From a virus (Duplodnaviria > Heunggongvirae > Uroviricota > Caudoviricetes), in IMG/VR virus record IMGVR_UViG_3300032315_001309, positions 12,305 through 76,304 of that record: 64,000 bases of DNA, one strand, 5' to 3'. A program made the translations under genes and the position numbers. The notes under the pieces are model-generated. The model worked only from the letters and a program-made list of their open reading frames with translations. It made no database searches and was not told the DNA's origin. Shown here piece after piece: positions 19,693 to 29,293 of this stretch. Every line of letters begins with the position of its first letter. The first letter of the stretch is position 1.

Positions 19693-20271
19693 CTATTTAG
19701 GTATTTTGATTGGATAAAATGTTGGAATTTTCAATACATATTCAAGTTCATCCGGCATAATTTTATAAAATTTTGATTGTACTCTATCGAATCTATACTT
19801 TCTAAATGGTGATTCAACATAAGATGGGGCGTCTCTCCAGTGAAAGTTGACTCCTTCAAAATGCGATCCACTGATATTAGTTACAATAATAACAGGATTT
19901 AAATCATACCATTCGGGCGTTTTTGCTATGTACTTAAAAGTATAAATTTGATTTAATTGAAATGATTCAGCCGTTCTATTCATAGAAGAAAGAACAGATG
20001 TTAACGCAGTAAAATAATAATTTGGATTATATCCTCTTGGGATATTTTCATATAATTTTTTTAACTTATTTATTTTTTCCTCTTCCTTTTCAATAATTTC
20101 ATATTCAGGAAAGGATTGTGGTAGTCTATTCTGCTTTAAAGAAAGATCTATAATTCTTTCTTTATCTCGTTTAATTTTTCTTCTTCTTGCATCCGATAAT
20201 TTACCAAAAAGAGAAATAATTTTCCCTACGGTATTCCATGCGCTAGCGGCTAGATTAGAAAATATTGACAT
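19693..20271 (-). CDS. virion structural protein (possibly gp2-like DNA end protector)
   Basis: 192 aa. Synteny guess only. Confidence 0.3.
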   Translation of the reverse strand: MSIFSNLAASAWNTVGKIISLFGKLSDARRRKIKRDKERIIDLSLKQNRLPQSFPEYEIIEKEEEKINKLKKLYENIPRGYNPNYYFTALTSVLSSMNRTAESFQLNQIYTFKYIAKTPEWYDLNPVIIVTNISGSHFEGVNFHWRDAPSYVESPFRKYRFDRVQSKFYKIMPDELEYVLKIPTFYPIKIPK

Positions 20272-20711
20272 TATATACCTAATTCCTTTTCGGTGAGCAG
20301 TTTAAATATCATATTATTTGACTCGCAAAACTTTTCAGCCTGAGTCCATTTAGAAATGTTCTTTTGATATGTTGCTATTTCATTTAAATATGTTTTCGTT
20401 TTCTTTTTTCTTTGCTGGGGTGGTTTTGTTTGTTTCTCTGGTTTTATTTCTATAAGGTATTTTTTTATCTCATTATTTTTGTCTTTTACTTTTAGAAATA
20501 AATCTGGAAAGTATCTTCTGAATTTATTAGTTGACTCATCAAAATATCTTATAGGGAATGGTTCAGATGACCATTCAATAATATTTTCGTTATTATCGGC
20601 CCACTTGAATGCTCTCAATTCCCATGAAGACCTATAGATAATTTGGTTAATATCGCCAATATATTTTAATGGATGATTTGGTTTATATAAACCTTGAATA
20701 TAGTTAGCCAA
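20271..20711 (-). CDS. 4: head completion protein gp4
   Basis: KYIGDINQIIYRSSWE, IKPEKQTKPP and FKLLTEKELGI match the T4 gp4 pattern (YRSSWE...IEIKP..QT.PP...F..VTE.ELGI). 146 aa. Confidence 0.6.
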   Translation of the reverse strand: MANYIQGLYKPNHPLKYIGDINQIIYRSSWELRAFKWADNNENIIEWSSEPFPIRYFDESTNKFRRYFPDLFLKVKDKNNEIKKYLIEIKPEKQTKPPQQRKKKTKTYLNEIATYQKNISKWTQAEKFCESNNMIFKLLTEKELGI

Positions 20712-20713
20712 GC

Positions 20714-20721
20714 TATAAATA
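20714..20721 (+). promoter_or_regulatory. T4-type late promoter TATAAATA
   Basis: Exact TATAAATA 28 nt upstream of the ATG at 20749, in the divergent intergenic region. Confidence 0.35.
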
Positions 20722-20748
20722 ACTAATGAAGTAATAAGTATTTATGGT

Positions 20749-21471
20749 ATGGCACCTCGGATAAGAACAATGAATGATCTTAAGAATAAGATCTTGAGAC
20801 CTGCCACAACAAGTCACTTTGAATGTAATTTCAAGCCTCCTGAAAAAGTAGTCGCATGGATGAAACAGAAGGGGAGATCTGGTGCAGGAGTTAATCTAGA
20901 TTCTGCAGTGATGGATAAAATTAATATTAGTTGCTTTGAGGCATCTTTACCTGGATCTTCATTACAAACCACTAATTTGAATGATACTTATACTGGAGTT
21001 ACTGAAACCTACGCATATCGAAGGGCCTACGATAATCGATCTGATTTTACTTTTTATGTGGATCATTTGGATAATGGTAATAACAATTCTCAAAGCTATA
21101 CTGTAATTTTGTTTTTTGAGAATTGGTTATCTTACATTTCAGGTGAAAATTATGCCGATGGCCTGAGAGATCCAAATTATTTCTATCGAATAAATTTCTT
21201 TGATAATTATGTTGCTCCAAAAATAGAAATTGATAAATTTGAAAAAGACGTGGTCGGAGATTACTTACATTATGAATTCATTAATGCATATCCAATCTCA
21301 ATCGCATCGATGCCTGTTTCATATGAGGGGTCACAATTGTTAAGATGCACCGTTTCATTTACATATCAGAGATATTTAATTCAAAATAAACCAGCATCTG
21401 GTATTGGTAGGCCACCCATTGAGCCAAGAAGAGTCGTCGCCCCAACAACGCCTACACCACCAACCCTTTGA
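20749..21471 (+). CDS. hypothetical virion/baseplate protein
   Basis: 240-aa ORF preceded by a late-type promoter. Confidence 0.35.
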   Translation: MAPRIRTMNDLKNKILRPATTSHFECNFKPPEKVVAWMKQKGRSGAGVNLDSAVMDKINISCFEASLPGSSLQTTNLNDTYTGVTETYAYRRAYDNRSDFTFYVDHLDNGNNNSQSYTVILFFENWLSYISGENYADGLRDPNYFYRINFFDNYVAPKIEIDKFEKDVVGDYLHYEFINAYPISIASMPVSYEGSQLLRCTVSFTYQRYLIQNKPASGIGRPPIEPRRVVAPTTPTPPTL

Positions 21472-21501
21472 TTTTGACCAACTAAATAATAAGATAATTA
21501 T

Positions 21502-22242
21502 GTGTTATATTTGCTAATCATGGCTCTTCCTATTATTAATAATCCTGAGTATTTTGTTGAACTTCCTTCCACCGGTAAGAAAGTAAAATACCGTCCCTTT
21601 GTTGTAAGAGAGGAGAAGCTTCTTCTCTTGGCTTTAGAGAGTGAAGATCTTTCTGAAATGTCCAACGCAGTTAAGAATGTTCTTTCCAATTGCGTGAAGG
21701 GAGACAATCTAGATATTGAGACTTTACCTACTTTTGATATTGAATATCTATTTTTGAATATTAGGGGTAAGGCTGTTGGTGAGGATATTCAAGTAAACAT
21801 TCTTTGTCCTGATGACGAAGAAACTTACGTGAATGTAAAGATTTTTATTGATGATATCAAAGTAGTTAAAAACCCAGAACACAATAATCAAATCAAGATT
21901 AATGAAACCATAATGATGGAAATGAAATATCCATCACTTGAACAATTTATTAAAACGAATTTTGATTTCCAAAACAAGAAAAATCAGTTAGATCAATCAT
22001 TAGATTTAATTGCATCTTGTGTGCGTAAAATTTATAATGAAGATGAAGTTTGGACATCTTCCGATGTAACCGAAAAAGAAATTATTGAGTTCCTTGAGAG
22101 CATGAATTCTACTCAGTTCAAAAAAATAGAAAATTTCTTTGAGACAATGCCAAAATTGGAGCATAAAGTTAAGATCAAAAATCCCAACACAAAAGTTGAA
22201 AGTGAAGTTACATTGATGGGCCTGGCTGATTTTTTCGGTTAG
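21502..22242 (+). CDS. hypothetical structural protein (baseplate hub-assembly position)
   Basis: 246-aa ORF. CTAAATAATA upstream is NATAAATA-like. Confidence 0.35.
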   Translation: MLYLLIMALPIINNPEYFVELPSTGKKVKYRPFVVREEKLLLLALESEDLSEMSNAVKNVLSNCVKGDNLDIETLPTFDIEYLFLNIRGKAVGEDIQVNILCPDDEETYVNVKIFIDDIKVVKNPEHNNQIKINETIMMEMKYPSLEQFIKTNFDFQNKKNQLDQSLDLIASCVRKIYNEDEVWTSSDVTEKEIIEFLESMNSTQFKKIENFFETMPKLEHKVKIKNPNTKVESEVTLMGLADFFG

Positions 22243-22421
22243 GGATGAGCCATATGGATTTGATGTCTTACTATAAAGTAGTTTTTAGTTTGACTCAATT
22301 TCATAAATGGTCCATCACTGAGATTGAAAATCTAATGCCATGGGAAAGAGATATTTTCGTTTCGATGTTGATCAAACATATTGAAGAAGAAGAAAACAAA
22401 CAACCCAAATCAGAATAGTAA

Positions 22422-25238
22422 ATGTCAATTCCGCAGCAATTAAATAATCTCAAGAAAACATATGGCACAGGAAACTTTGCTGCTGCGGAAGTATTCGTAA
22501 AACTTTTACGTTTCAAAAAAACGGATAGATTATATGCAGCCGCAGTAGAGTGGGCTGCAATGAGAATTGGATCAAATACTGATCTATTATCTTCTAGAGA
22601 CGCAAAACAGTTTGCAAAAGATAATCGGGATAAAAAATTAGGAGTAATACACAAGAAAATAATAAAGGAGATTGGTCAACTCTATAAGATCAATGAGGTG
22701 ATGAAAGGTATTGTATTACCTCCAAAATCTCAATTATTGGAACCTGCGGCCACACAATCTTTTACCAATTTAATTAAACAAAAAATACCAAAACCAGAAG
22801 TAAAACTGGAGTCCAGTAATACAATCGTAGAATCCGGGGGATCGACTGTATTATATTGGACTGCAAAAAACGCAACAAAAATAAAAAGAAGTAATATACC
22901 TGGAGTAACAACCAAGACTCCAGTAAATGGTTCTGCTGAAGTTTTTGATATAAAAAGAAGACGACAATTTTATATCGTTGTTCAGAACTATGAAGGAGTA
23001 ACTGCAGAATCCAGATTACCAATTATAGTAGAGACTCAAGATTACAAAAAACAACAAAAGAATGCTCCTGTACCAAGACAAACAACTAGTCAAACTAGTA
23101 CTCCACGAGCTAGTGTTTCTAGGTTACTGAGTCCATCGACAACTGTTTCGACTGAAGAAAAATCACAAACACAAGACAAGAAATCTTTTTCTGCGATTAC
23201 TTCACTGGATAATGGTATTCTTTTGAGTATTGACAAATCTCTCACAAATATATTAAAACTACTTAGAGGTCAATTAAAATTAAATCAAAATATTTTCAAC
23301 AAGGATAGAATATCCTCTGAAGCTGAAAGAAGAGCCAGAAGAGAAAAAACAATGGAAGGATATCAAAATGATTCTGGTATGTCGAAGATAGCCAGAGGTG
23401 CAGAAGATATGTTGTCTCCCTTTAAAGTTATTATTGATAAAATAGTAAATTTTATTTATTATACTTTTCTGGGTAAAGCATTTACTGATATTCTCAAATG
23501 GATGAATGATCCAGCAAATAAAGGTAAAGTCGATTCTTTTGGGAAATTTCTTAAAGATTTCTGGCCGATTATTGCAGGAGCCGCTTTATATTTTCTAACT
23601 CCTCTGGGTGGATTTATTAATGGGACCGTAAACGTATTGCGTGGGTTCACTAAATTAATGCTTAATTTGACTCCAAAATTACTAAAAGTATCTAAAGTAT
23701 TACTTTCAAATCCATATTTTGCTACTGCTGCTGCCGGTGTTATTGGATCTATTGCAAGAATAAAAGAAAAAGAAAGATTAAAGCCACTAATAAAAGAAAA
23801 ACAAAAACAAATAGATAAAGAGTTAGCTGATGAAAAAACTCCATGGTATAAAAAATTAGGATTATATTTTGCTAAGCAGGAGGCTTCATTTTCTAAATCC
23901 CAAGAAACATTACCCACATACTCACCGGGATCAATGTTTGCGAATGGGGGTACAATATTTTCAGGACAAGTAACTTCCAATGATGGGAAAAAAGTATCAG
24001 GTGCCGGAAAGGATACACAATTATTTTCAGTTATGGGTGGGGGTATGGCCGTTTTACAAAAAGGAGAAACTGTTTTACAACCAGGAGTTAGAGAAAAAAT
24101 AATTTCAGATAAAGGAATAGATGTTCTCGCATATAATAAAGGACCAAATGCAAATAAACCAAATACATTAGCCGGAAATATCACCCCAATGAATACTGGT
24201 GGTGTTGTTGGTTCCAAGGGATTGAGCCCGGATCAATTAATGTTCATTCAAAGAGCTATCGCTAGAGGAATTACAAATCCAAAAGAAATTAGTGCATTTA
24301 TGGCACAGGTTCATGTTGAACAGGGTGGGGATTTTTCAAAACCAAGAAGAGAGCTTTATAATCCTAGTTCAAGTGATCCTAAAGGTAAACCTGGGTATAA
24401 TTATTTTGCTCCGTATGCTAATCCTAAATTAGGTTTGGGTAATAGAAATACTGATGATGCTTATAATTATAGTGGTAGAGGATATTTGCAACTTACCGGA
24501 AGAGCAAATTACCAAGATATTGGAAAAAGAATAGGTGTAGATTTGTTGCAAGATCCGAATAGCCTGGTTAAAAATAAGGAAATCTCCATGGATGCTTCTA
24601 TAGAATATTGGAAGACCAGAGTAAGACCTAAAATTAAAAATTGGGACGATGTATTTAATGTATCTCGATTAGTGAATAATCCAAGTGCCAGGAGTCCAAG
24701 AGGAATCAATCACTTTAAACAAAGGGATGATCAATATAGATTTTATTCTGGATTACCGGGATCTGTTTACAAACCAAAACAGAAACCGAAACCGAAACCA
24801 AGACAAAAACCCAATCTATTACAATCTGTTTTTGAATTTATGGGTATGACTCCACGGAAAAAATATGGTGGACTAGTAGAGCCAGATTCCGGTGAAAGAT
24901 TATCTCATGCACAGGATAATATCCTTATGAGAGCCGAAAGGGGGGAATATGTAATTCCAACTATAGCTGCTAGGAAAATTGGAATAGATGTATTGGATAA
25001 AATTTCATCATTAGATCCTAATTTTAAAATTACAAGAGCGGATATTCCAATTCCCACACCGAAGCCATTTAACCCATCAGCTAAACGTAATACCGTTACT
25101 TTACCTCCAATTGGCGATCTAGGCAATTCGAGTGGAAGTTCTTCTGGTTCTGGTACTGAAATTCCTAGTTTTTCAGCCACTCCTGCTAGTGGAATTCAAG
25201 TTAGATTGGCTATGGCAAATATCTATGGGATTAACTAA
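22422..25238 (+). CDS. tape-measure-like tail protein with embedded GH19-like (chitinase/lysozyme-like) domain
   Basis: 938 aa. Central hydrophobic/TM segments (FWPIIAGAALYFLTPLGG..., NPYFATAAAGVIGSIA). NYSGRGYLQLTGRANYQDIG matches the GH19 GRG(P/Y)(I/L)QLT motif. C-terminal RKKYGGLV motif is shared with the next protein. Confidence 0.5.
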   Translation: MSIPQQLNNLKKTYGTGNFAAAEVFVKLLRFKKTDRLYAAAVEWAAMRIGSNTDLLSSRDAKQFAKDNRDKKLGVIHKKIIKEIGQLYKINEVMKGIVLPPKSQLLEPAATQSFTNLIKQKIPKPEVKLESSNTIVESGGSTVLYWTAKNATKIKRSNIPGVTTKTPVNGSAEVFDIKRRRQFYIVVQNYEGVTAESRLPIIVETQDYKKQQKNAPVPRQTTSQTSTPRASVSRLLSPSTTVSTEEKSQTQDKKSFSAITSLDNGILLSIDKSLTNILKLLRGQLKLNQNIFNKDRISSEAERRARREKTMEGYQNDSGMSKIARGAEDMLSPFKVIIDKIVNFIYYTFLGKAFTDILKWMNDPANKGKVDSFGKFLKDFWPIIAGAALYFLTPLGGFINGTVNVLRGFTKLMLNLTPKLLKVSKVLLSNPYFATAAAGVIGSIARIKEKERLKPLIKEKQKQIDKELADEKTPWYKKLGLYFAKQEASFSKSQETLPTYSPGSMFANGGTIFSGQVTSNDGKKVSGAGKDTQLFSVMGGGMAVLQKGETVLQPGVREKIISDKGIDVLAYNKGPNANKPNTLAGNITPMNTGGVVGSKGLSPDQLMFIQRAIARGITNPKEISAFMAQVHVEQGGDFSKPRRELYNPSSSDPKGKPGYNYFAPYANPKLGLGNRNTDDAYNYSGRGYLQLTGRANYQDIGKRIGVDLLQDPNSLVKNKEISMDASIEYWKTRVRPKIKNWDDVFNVSRLVNNPSARSPRGINHFKQRDDQYRFYSGLPGSVYKPKQKPKPKPRQKPNLLQSVFEFMGMTPRKKYGGLVEPDSGERLSHAQDNILMRAERGEYVIPTIAARKIGIDVLDKISSLDPNFKITRADIPIPTPKPFNPSAKRNTVTLPPIGDLGNSSGSSSGSGTEIPSFSATPASGIQVRLAMANIYGIN

Positions 25239-27940
25239 TGAACGCTTCCGCTTTTTTAGGTAGACAATCAACAGTAAGAAATCCTTCAACTCCATATAAA
25301 AGTGCTAGGATGGTAGATTCTTCTGCTAACTATTCTAATCGTATTGAAAGAAAAGTACAAAGAACTCCCACAACAAAATCTTTACTTACAATCAGACGAA
25401 AGGTATTTGATGTAGAAAATACTTTAAAGTCTTTGTTTAATTTGAATGTGAAATCTTCAACTATGAAGAAAAGAATCAAATTAATTCAAGGACAAGAAGA
25501 TAGAGACGGTAAAAAAAATACAAAAACAACTTCGAATTTGGGTGGAATCACACAAAAAACTCAAGTGGGGTCAATGGGCTTTATTTCAAATTTCTTAACT
25601 TTTACTTTTCTTGGGTGGTTGTTTAGTGTTTTTCAGCCTCTGATCGGAAAATTGGAAGGAATGGTACCTCTTTTAACTGGGACATTTGGCTTCTTTGGCG
25701 GGGTCCTTACTTCTTTGCTTGATGGGTTTGCTTCCTTTGTTAAATTTGGGAACGATACTCAGGATAAAATTAAAGGTGCGGAAAATCAAATAAAGAATCA
25801 AGCATCAAATATAAAGAAAACTTTTGATGATGCCACAAGCGCATTGGTGGGTTTACTTAATAGTACCACTCAAGTAGCAACTTCATTTTTGGATATATTT
25901 AATGAAACTTATGATAAACAATCTCTATCTTCAAGCAATACCACTCAAGAAAATGTTGTAAGCTTTTCTAGTCTTGCTAGCTCGGCAACTCCTCGCGTAA
26001 GAACATATGCTGAAGGTGGTCACGTAGATAATGGAAGAATTGATCCCCGGACTCCAATTAAAAGAGGTGGTAAAGAAAGAAGAACGCCGACACAAAAACA
26101 AAAGCCTATTATTCAACAACTAGTCACACAACCAGGAAAAGATGTTGGTGGTATTGATAAAATACAAGAATTATATGATCAAAGATCTAGTGATTCGGGT
26201 TTCAATATTTTTTCTACTTTTGATAGAACACATAAAAGTGGTTATGTTGCTCTTACCAAAACATCAGAAGAATTTAAAAGAGTCCATTCCAGTGATTTTC
26301 TCGGTATTGGTAATTTAATGAGCATCTCAGTCGATGCTTCTTTAGGACAAAAACCAGAAAAGAGATCATATACTCAATTTGCCGAAGGTATTAGTTATTT
26401 GGTTAATTTTGGATTGACGCAATCCGAAGAGTTTAAGAAACTCAATATAGAAAAAATGATAGAGAATATTGTTCAATCGAAAGTAGATTCTGCCATTAAT
26501 AAGGTAAGAGAAGAAATAAACAAAAGGAGTAAAGTAGAAGAAGGTGGTCCAGGTGGGGGTGCTGGTGAAATCGCTGGGGGTGAATATGGTGCATATGCCC
26601 CATCTGGAATAGAAAAACAAATTTATGATTATTTGATTAATGAGAAAAAAATGAATGATTTTCAGGCTTTGGGTTTGATGGCTAATATCCATCGGGAAAG
26701 TAGCTTTATTCCAAATAATAGAGAACCTAATGGAACTGGTGTTGGTTTATTTCAATGGTCACATGGTAGAGTAGCGCCGTTTATGCGAGCAGTTCCTAAT
26801 TGGGAAACTGATTGGAAAGGTCAGATTGATTATGCTTTATCTGAGCCGGAAAATTTATCTTTAGTTAAACCTGGGGCTTATCAATCGCAACAGTTTAAAT
26901 CTGCACAACAAGCGGCTGATTGGTGGATGAAAGAATGGGAAAGACCCAGAGATACTTTTACGGGTAGTAAAAAACATACAGAGTATTTAAATTCGGTTCC
27001 AAAAGGTCCAAGTGGATCTGCAAAATTTAGAGAAGGTTCCTCACTTGAAAATCTATCAGTCGAAGGTGGAATATTACCTAGTACTAGATTCATTTCTAGT
27101 TATAGGGGATGGAGATGGGGACAAATGCACAGAGGTGTGGATTATGCTGGGGCCGGTGTTGATGATAAACCCATATCAATAATAAAAGCAGGTAAGGTGG
27201 TGACAGCAGGTTACGATCCCGGCGGTGGTGGTTATATTGTAGTAATACAGCACAATGATGGAACCCTGTCCAAATATTTTCACCTAAAAGAAGGATCTAT
27301 AAAAGTTAAAGCTGGCCAAGCTGTATCACCCGGAAGAGTAATAGGTATTGTTGGAAATACGGGAAGAAGTACTGGTACACATTTACATTTTGAGGTGTGG
27401 AAAGGAAACAAAGATTTAGATAATCCCCATTTGTTGGCAAATAATTATTTTAGATTTGGTGGGAATGTTAAACCAACTCAAGTTAAGCCAGTTAAAACAA
27501 AACCTACACCTGGCCAATCTCCAATACCGGAGAATCAAGCACCAAAAGGCGAGGCATTCATGATTAACGGAAAAATGTATTATGTTGACCCCAAAGGCCA
27601 GGGAAAAGTTACCACTGAAAGTGGCGCAGAGATTGATTTCTCTGGTGGCAAAAATATTTCTCTATTGAAAGAAATATCAAAACTCAGAGAAATGAGAAAT
27701 ATTAAAGGTGCGCCAAAGAAAAAATATGGCGGATTGGTTTATTCAAGAGGTTCCAACCCATTACTGCCTCCAGATAAGTACGCATCATATAACGACCCAT
27801 CAATGACTTCGACTATTTTAATTCAACCTATAATTAAATCTAAGATAGTTCCAATCGACTCTGAAACAAATGGTACAATTATGTTCGCTGCTCCTAATGT
27901 AAATAGTTCATCAAGTAGTTTTGAATTAATGAGAAGTTAA
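25238..27940 (+). CDS. tail/baseplate protein with SLT-type lytic transglycosylase and M23 peptidase domains
   Basis: 900 aa. ANIHRESSFIPNN...GTGVGLFQWS matches the SLT E-S...GxGLMQ pattern. MHRGVDYAG...GNTGRSTGTHLHFEV matches M23/LytM (HxxxD...HxH). Hydrophobic N-terminal region. KKKYGGLV motif near the C-terminus. Confidence 0.6.
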   Translation: MNASAFLGRQSTVRNPSTPYKSARMVDSSANYSNRIERKVQRTPTTKSLLTIRRKVFDVENTLKSLFNLNVKSSTMKKRIKLIQGQEDRDGKKNTKTTSNLGGITQKTQVGSMGFISNFLTFTFLGWLFSVFQPLIGKLEGMVPLLTGTFGFFGGVLTSLLDGFASFVKFGNDTQDKIKGAENQIKNQASNIKKTFDDATSALVGLLNSTTQVATSFLDIFNETYDKQSLSSSNTTQENVVSFSSLASSATPRVRTYAEGGHVDNGRIDPRTPIKRGGKERRTPTQKQKPIIQQLVTQPGKDVGGIDKIQELYDQRSSDSGFNIFSTFDRTHKSGYVALTKTSEEFKRVHSSDFLGIGNLMSISVDASLGQKPEKRSYTQFAEGISYLVNFGLTQSEEFKKLNIEKMIENIVQSKVDSAINKVREEINKRSKVEEGGPGGGAGEIAGGEYGAYAPSGIEKQIYDYLINEKKMNDFQALGLMANIHRESSFIPNNREPNGTGVGLFQWSHGRVAPFMRAVPNWETDWKGQIDYALSEPENLSLVKPGAYQSQQFKSAQQAADWWMKEWERPRDTFTGSKKHTEYLNSVPKGPSGSAKFREGSSLENLSVEGGILPSTRFISSYRGWRWGQMHRGVDYAGAGVDDKPISIIKAGKVVTAGYDPGGGGYIVVIQHNDGTLSKYFHLKEGSIKVKAGQAVSPGRVIGIVGNTGRSTGTHLHFEVWKGNKDLDNPHLLANNYFRFGGNVKPTQVKPVKTKPTPGQSPIPENQAPKGEAFMINGKMYYVDPKGQGKVTTESGAEIDFSGGKNISLLKEISKLREMRNIKGAPKKKYGGLVYSRGSNPLLPPDKYASYNDPSMTSTILIQPIIKSKIVPIDSETNGTIMFAAPNVNSSSSSFELMRS

Positions 27941-29269
27941 ATGTCGAATTTTTCCGCTGCCCCAGGTGAAGGCCAAATACAAGAACTAACAATATTTTCG
28001 AATTACTTTAAGGACTTGAATCTGGCTGGTAATTCATTTATTGAATTAATTTTATATGAAAGTATTCTCGATTACTCTGTGAGAGCTTCTTTTTCGTTTG
28101 TGGATACAGGTTATAGGAGTTCAGGTAATTCAGTGGCGATAACCGAGGCCGATGGTATAAATTTAGTTTCTGGTGAAAAGGTATTTTTGAAAGTAACTGA
28201 TGGGTATGGTCAAGTTATATCATGTAAAAATGATTATCAATTAAGAGTAAATTCTCTGAAGAGTGCTGACGAAACAGTGAACAAAACTATAATATCTTTA
28301 GATTTTTATTCTAAGGAGTGTATTGACAATGAATTGGTGGAAAATCGAGTAACCAAAAGATACGAAGGAAAAATTTCAGATTCAGTTGAATCTATATTAA
28401 AAAATGTTCTGAAGACACCCAAAAACTTAGATATTGATCCTGGGTTAAATGATTTTAACTTTTTGGGTCATGTGGAAAAACCTTTTTATAAGATCGCATG
28501 GTTAGCAAAAAGAACAGTACCTGACATGCCAGATTCAAAGGGTAAGTTGGCTGGGTATTTTTTCTTTGAAACTTTAGATGATGGTGTTGGATCTGGGGGT
28601 TACAAATTCAAATCAATTGATATGATGTGGTCACAAACACCAAAAAGAAAATTAATTTATAATGATCTAGTTGCAACTCCACCTGGATACAATGCCAAAA
28701 TTCTTTCGTATTCTTTTAACAACTCAACAAGTATTGATAAATTATTAAAATCGGGTGCTTTTTCTTCACCTACGCTTAAGAGATTTGACCCATACACTAA
28801 CGAGTATGTTGAAAATCAATTTTCTGATACTGGGAGACTAAAGCCAAAAAATATGGGTGGATTAGAGCCGCCCAAGATAGCTAGTGATCTTGATTTATGG
28901 AATAAGTCTAGTAGAATTAGTTACCGATTTGATGACAAGGGCGTACTTCCAACCGGCACAACACTGAAAAATCAGTTGGAGTTTTCAAAGGATATTAACT
29001 TCAGTACCGAAGAGATTATTCGACAATCTTACACTAGATATAATAATCTCTTTACTATTAAACTGTCTGTCACAATCGTTGGGGATTTTGGAATACATGC
29101 AGGTGATTTGATTAGGTGTGATTTTCCTGAAATAAGTGGAAAAGAAAATACCATAGTCAGTAGTAAAAAAAGTGGACTATATATTGTGGTGGATGTTGCA
29201 CATCGAATACACCAAACAGGATATTATACGACACTGCACTTAGCCAGAGAGAGTATCTATAAAAAATAA
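27941..29269 (+). CDS. baseplate hub protein, gp27-like (by position upstream of gp5)
   Basis: 442 aa, immediately upstream of the gp5-like spike. No motif confirmation. Confidence 0.3.
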   Translation: MSNFSAAPGEGQIQELTIFSNYFKDLNLAGNSFIELILYESILDYSVRASFSFVDTGYRSSGNSVAITEADGINLVSGEKVFLKVTDGYGQVISCKNDYQLRVNSLKSADETVNKTIISLDFYSKECIDNELVENRVTKRYEGKISDSVESILKNVLKTPKNLDIDPGLNDFNFLGHVEKPFYKIAWLAKRTVPDMPDSKGKLAGYFFFETLDDGVGSGGYKFKSIDMMWSQTPKRKLIYNDLVATPPGYNAKILSYSFNNSTSIDKLLKSGAFSSPTLKRFDPYTNEYVENQFSDTGRLKPKNMGGLEPPKIASDLDLWNKSSRISYRFDDKGVLPTGTTLKNQLEFSKDINFSTEEIIRQSYTRYNNLFTIKLSVTIVGDFGIHAGDLIRCDFPEISGKENTIVSSKKSGLYIVVDVAHRIHQTGYYTTLHLARESIYKK

Positions 29270-29293
29270 CTTCACGGAACACATTAAAACACA

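Noticed and set aside
23459-24217. 252-aa minus-strand ORF
   Set aside because: It is fully embedded antisense in the 938-aa tail protein gene, which has strong domain evidence. Its low-complexity composition is typical of shadow ORFs.
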